DNA of 28,492 bases. Source: Chloroflexia bacterium (lineage in GTDB: Bacteria; Chloroflexota; Chloroflexia; Thermomicrobiales; UBA6265). Under the pieces are notes generated by a model. The model was not told the origin of the DNA, ran no database searches, and saw only the letters and a program-made list of their open reading frames with translations. The stretch spans positions 1 through 28,492 of the forward strand of contig JACCYX010000450.1 of NCBI GenBank assembly GCA_013696265.1. Reading direction: 5' to 3'. Positions 25,541 through 28,492 of the stretch are shown here, piece after piece (within the stretch, counting starts at the first letter, position 1; the number at the start of each line of letters is the position of its first letter). The translations under genes were made by a program, and so were the position numbers.

Positions 25541-26185
25541 ATGTTCAATGTCTGTCCTACATGCGGAATGTATGAGGTCGAGCGGGAGGTTCTGGCTGAC
25601 GCCGATCCCGTCTTTGCGACGGCCATCTGCGGGTCGTGCGGCGCGCGCATCCGGTTCCGCCGTCGCCCGCTGTACGTAGTGACTGGCGCCAGCGGCACGG
25701 GGAAGACCGCCATCTGTCACGAACTGACGAGGCGCCAACCAGGTTTTCTCGTGCTGGAGAGCGACATTCTCTGGGGCGCGATCGATGTCTCGGACGGGGC
25801 CGGGCTTGACCGCTACTGGAACGCCTGGTTGCGGATGGTCAGGAACATCCACCAGGGTCCCCAATCCGTGATTCTGTGTGGCACGCAGGTGCCGGAAACA
25901 CTCGAGCGGCAGCCAGAGCGGCGCTACGTCGGGGAGACGCACTATCTTGCCCTGGTCGCCGACCCGGAGGAGCAGGCGCGTCGATTGCGAGCGCGTCCGG
26001 CATGGCGCGAATCCGGCGATCCCGCCTTCATCAAGGAACACGTGCGCTTCAACCGCTGGCTCATCGACCACGCCGGGGCCGGCACTCCATCATGGGACCT
26101 GCTGGACACCACGGACCTGACCGTGAGCGGCACCGCCGACGCGGTCCTGGCTTGGATCTCCGCTTGTCATTCGAAATCCGGGTAA
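25541..26185 (+). CDS. P-loop kinase (nucleoside/small-molecule kinase-like) with N-terminal zinc ribbon
   Basis: CPTC-x21-CGSC, Walker A GASGTGKT, LESD, lid RRLRARP; GGGAGG SD before ATG 25541. Confidence 0.85.
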   Translation: MFNVCPTCGMYEVEREVLADADPVFATAICGSCGARIRFRRRPLYVVTGASGTGKTAICHELTRRQPGFLVLESDILWGAIDVSDGAGLDRYWNAWLRMVRNIHQGPQSVILCGTQVPETLERQPERRYVGETHYLALVADPEEQARRLRARPAWRESGDPAFIKEHVRFNRWLIDHAGAGTPSWDLLDTTDLTVSGTADAVLAWISACHSKSG

Positions 26186-26236
26186 ACACGGAGCGGACCT
26201 GGTAGCGGCATGCCGATAAACGACCCGGGCTTCGCG

Positions 26237-27367
26237 TCAGGTTCGATCGGCCGCCCGCACCAGGTCGTCGCTGAGCTGAGCCCAGCGCGGCGGCTTGAGG
26301 GGCCACGGACGATGCACCGCGCGATTGCCGAACACCGCCAGCGCGAGTTCGCGATCCGGGTCCGCCCAGACCAGCGTTCCGGACTGGCCCCAATGGCAAA
26401 ACGTCCGGGGTGAGCGGAGCGAGCCCGTCCAGTGGTGACGCTTGTCATCGGCAACCTCCCAGCCAAGACCCCACGCCCCCCGGTTCCAATGCACGCCCGC
26501 CGTTCCCACGCCACCGGGCACGCCGCCGGTTTGATCGATGATCATCTCTCGCCGGGTATCGTCGGAAAGGACGCCGCCGGCACCGCCAACGAACGACCCG
26601 GCGAACGTGGCCAGCGCGGTCGCCGTCCCGAAGTACCCGCCCCACGGTATGCCCAGGGCTCGCCAGTACGGGCTGTTGTAGCTCTCGGCCGGTGTGCCAG
26701 CCGACGCCGCGTCATCCGTGTGCGTCAGGCGATCGCTCCAGGACGCATCGGGCCGCGTCGCAATGTCCGTCAGGCGCATGGGATCGAGGATTCGGGTCTG
26801 GAGATAGTCGTGGAATGGCACGCCGGTTGCCCGTTCTAGCGCGCGGCTGGCGATCCCGAACCCGGCGTTCGAATAGCGCAGCAGCTCACCGGGCGCCGAT
26901 TGCAACGGTAACCCGCACATCGCGTCGATGAGGTGCTCCAGCGCCGGTAGGTCGCGCATCCTGATCCGCTTGACCCCGATGTTTTCGGGCAGGCCCGAGG
27001 TGTGACAGAGCAGGTGACGGACCGTGACGCGCTCCCGCAACGCCTCCAGCTGGGGCAGCACGTCGTCGCCCAGCGGATCGTCGACCTCCCCGAATTCGGG
27101 CACGATCGCCGCAACCGGCGTGTCGAGCGACAGGTCGCCGTCGTCGACCGCCTTCATCACCACCGCCGCCGTGATCGGCTTCGAGACCGACGCCAGGGCG
27201 AAGAGGGTATCGTCCCGCACGGGCCGATCCTCCGCCGCCAGACCCGCCGTGCGGGTCGCCACAATCTCCCCGCGATGCCAGACCGCCGCCGAGGCCCCAC
27301 GCACGATTCCGTCGCGGACCCATTCGTCGATCGCGTGGAGCGGCTGCGAGAAATCCGACATGAACAC
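26237..27367 (-). CDS. Serine hydrolase, beta-lactamase/class C-like family
   Basis: FALASVSKP (SxxK), LLCHTSGL, RYSN (YxN), FCHWGQSG. Confidence 0.93.
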   Translation of the reverse strand: MFMSDFSQPLHAIDEWVRDGIVRGASAAVWHRGEIVATRTAGLAAEDRPVRDDTLFALASVSKPITAAVVMKAVDDGDLSLDTPVAAIVPEFGEVDDPLGDDVLPQLEALRERVTVRHLLCHTSGLPENIGVKRIRMRDLPALEHLIDAMCGLPLQSAPGELLRYSNAGFGIASRALERATGVPFHDYLQTRILDPMRLTDIATRPDASWSDRLTHTDDAASAGTPAESYNSPYWRALGIPWGGYFGTATALATFAGSFVGGAGGVLSDDTRREMIIDQTGGVPGGVGTAGVHWNRGAWGLGWEVADDKRHHWTGSLRSPRTFCHWGQSGTLVWADPDRELALAVFGNRAVHRPWPLKPPRWAQLSDDLVRAADRT

Positions 27368-27499
27368 GCTTTCCTGGCAACCACCATGGGCTTCGTCGAT
27401 CTAGCCAGCGTCTATCATAGGACGTTGAAGAGACATCCTGGCCGGGCGAGCCCGGTTCGCCTCAGGTAATCGACACAGCGAACGGGAGAGTGAGTCATC

Positions 27500-28276
27500 A
27501 TGACGAACAACGAGGTGATCGATTCGCGCGGCGCGGCGTTCGGGCTCCACTTGCACATTGTGGCCGACTACGCGCAAGTGAGCCGGCTGGCGGCCGATAT
27601 CGTCACCCGTATCGTGCGGGAAACCCCGGACGCGGCGCTCACGCTGCCAACCGGCGAGACCCCGCGCGGGATGTACGCGGAACTCGTCCGGAGAATCCAG
27701 GCTGGGGAACTCGACTTCTCGGCCGTCCAGCTCTTCTGCCTGGATGAGTATTTCGGGAAGGGCATCGAGGACGCCACCAGCCTGACCGCCTGGTTGAACG
27801 ACGTCTTCCTGGCTCCGGCCAACCTCGACCGCGACAATGTTCATTTGATGCCGTCACAGGCGGCCGATCCGGAGAGTGCGGCAAGTGCCTACGAGCGGGA
27901 CATCGAACATGCTGGTGGGTTGAAGCTTGCGGTTGTTGGACTCGGCCCGAACGGCCACGTGGGTTTCAACGAGCCGGGATCCCCGCGCGAATCACGTACT
28001 CGCGTAATCGACTTGACCGATGAGTCGCGTGACCAGAACGCCGGCTATTACGATGGCGATCAGGCCATTCCGGACAAGGCGATGACGATGGGCATCGGCA
28101 CGATCCTCGACGCCGACCTGGTCGTCCTGATCGTGTCGGGCTCGAGCAAGGCCGAGATCCTGAAGGCAACGCTGGAAGGACCAATCACCGCCGACGTGCC
28201 GGGGTCGTTCCTGCGCACCGTCGGGGAGCGCCTGATCGCGATCGTCGACCAGGACGCCGCCGCGCTTCTGAGCTAA
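27500..28276 (+). CDS. nagB: Glucosamine-6-phosphate deaminase
   Basis: LPTGETP, FCLDEY, VGLGPNGHVGFNEPGS, AMTMGIGTIL, PGSFL. Confidence 0.92.
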   Translation: MTNNEVIDSRGAAFGLHLHIVADYAQVSRLAADIVTRIVRETPDAALTLPTGETPRGMYAELVRRIQAGELDFSAVQLFCLDEYFGKGIEDATSLTAWLNDVFLAPANLDRDNVHLMPSQAADPESAASAYERDIEHAGGLKLAVVGLGPNGHVGFNEPGSPRESRTRVIDLTDESRDQNAGYYDGDQAIPDKAMTMGIGTILDADLVVLIVSGSSKAEILKATLEGPITADVPGSFLRTVGERLIAIVDQDAAALLS

Positions 28277-28347
28277 TCGATACCTCGGAGAGTGCAACAA
28301 TAGTTGCCACACCAGCATCTCGCGTCCGGCATGCGCGCTCCCCTTGC

Positions 28348-28408
28348 CGTCATTCCGACGCAGGAGGCAGCGAAGCGATAGCGCTTCGGCCGGAGGCCGA
28401 CCTCGGCC
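28348..28408. repeat. Partial CGTC-tagged REP-like element with hairpins
   Basis: CGTCATTCCGA...GAGGCAGCGA shared with 2064-2090; hairpin CGAAGCG/CGCTTCG (28371-28388). Confidence 0.5.
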
Positions 28409-28470
28409 ACCTAGTACTACAACGGCACTTTGGTAGACTGGACGTCTTTGGTGGAGATTGGAGGATCCCT

Positions 28471-28492
28471 CATGGTCATGCTGTCCCCGGAG
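28471..28492 (+). CDS. Start of an ORF truncated by the window end (MVMLSPE...)
   Basis: GGAGG SD followed by ATG 28471; TGGTAGACT extended -10 upstream. Confidence 0.55.

Overview
GC-rich bacterial chromosomal window with about 25 credible genes. The gene content suggests Chloroflexota/Thermomicrobiales, but that is inference only. Housekeeping and accessory genes include a partial M50-type metallopeptidase, an MFS transporter, a Usp, an ArsR-type regulator, divergent manA/manC, an ADP-ribosylglycohydrolase, a creatininase-family protein, a sirtuin-thioesterase-nucleoside deoxyribosyltransferase operon, cdd, a bactofilin-like membrane protein, a Zn-ribbon P-loop kinase, a serine hydrolase and nagB. 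Items worth follow-up: (1) a tyrosine-recombinase-fold protein with most catalytic residues substituted and a QLDLF clamp-binding-like motif, apparently co-transcribed with a membrane protein carrying a CDP-alcohol-phosphotransferase-like Asp pattern; (2) an M14 zinc carboxypeptidase with an N-terminal MerR/excisionase-like HTH instead of a signal peptide, downstream of a stand-alone IS630-type HTH protein that lacks a DDE domain; (3) a ~1250-aa secreted RlpA-like/discoidin/SH3 multidomain protein; (4) a ~215-nt rod-shaped structured RNA candidate resembling 6S RNA; (5) several REP/REPIN-like palindromes of GTAG and CGTC types. No rRNA, tRNA, CRISPR array or complete transposase was seen. All family assignments come from motif reading by eye, not database searches.
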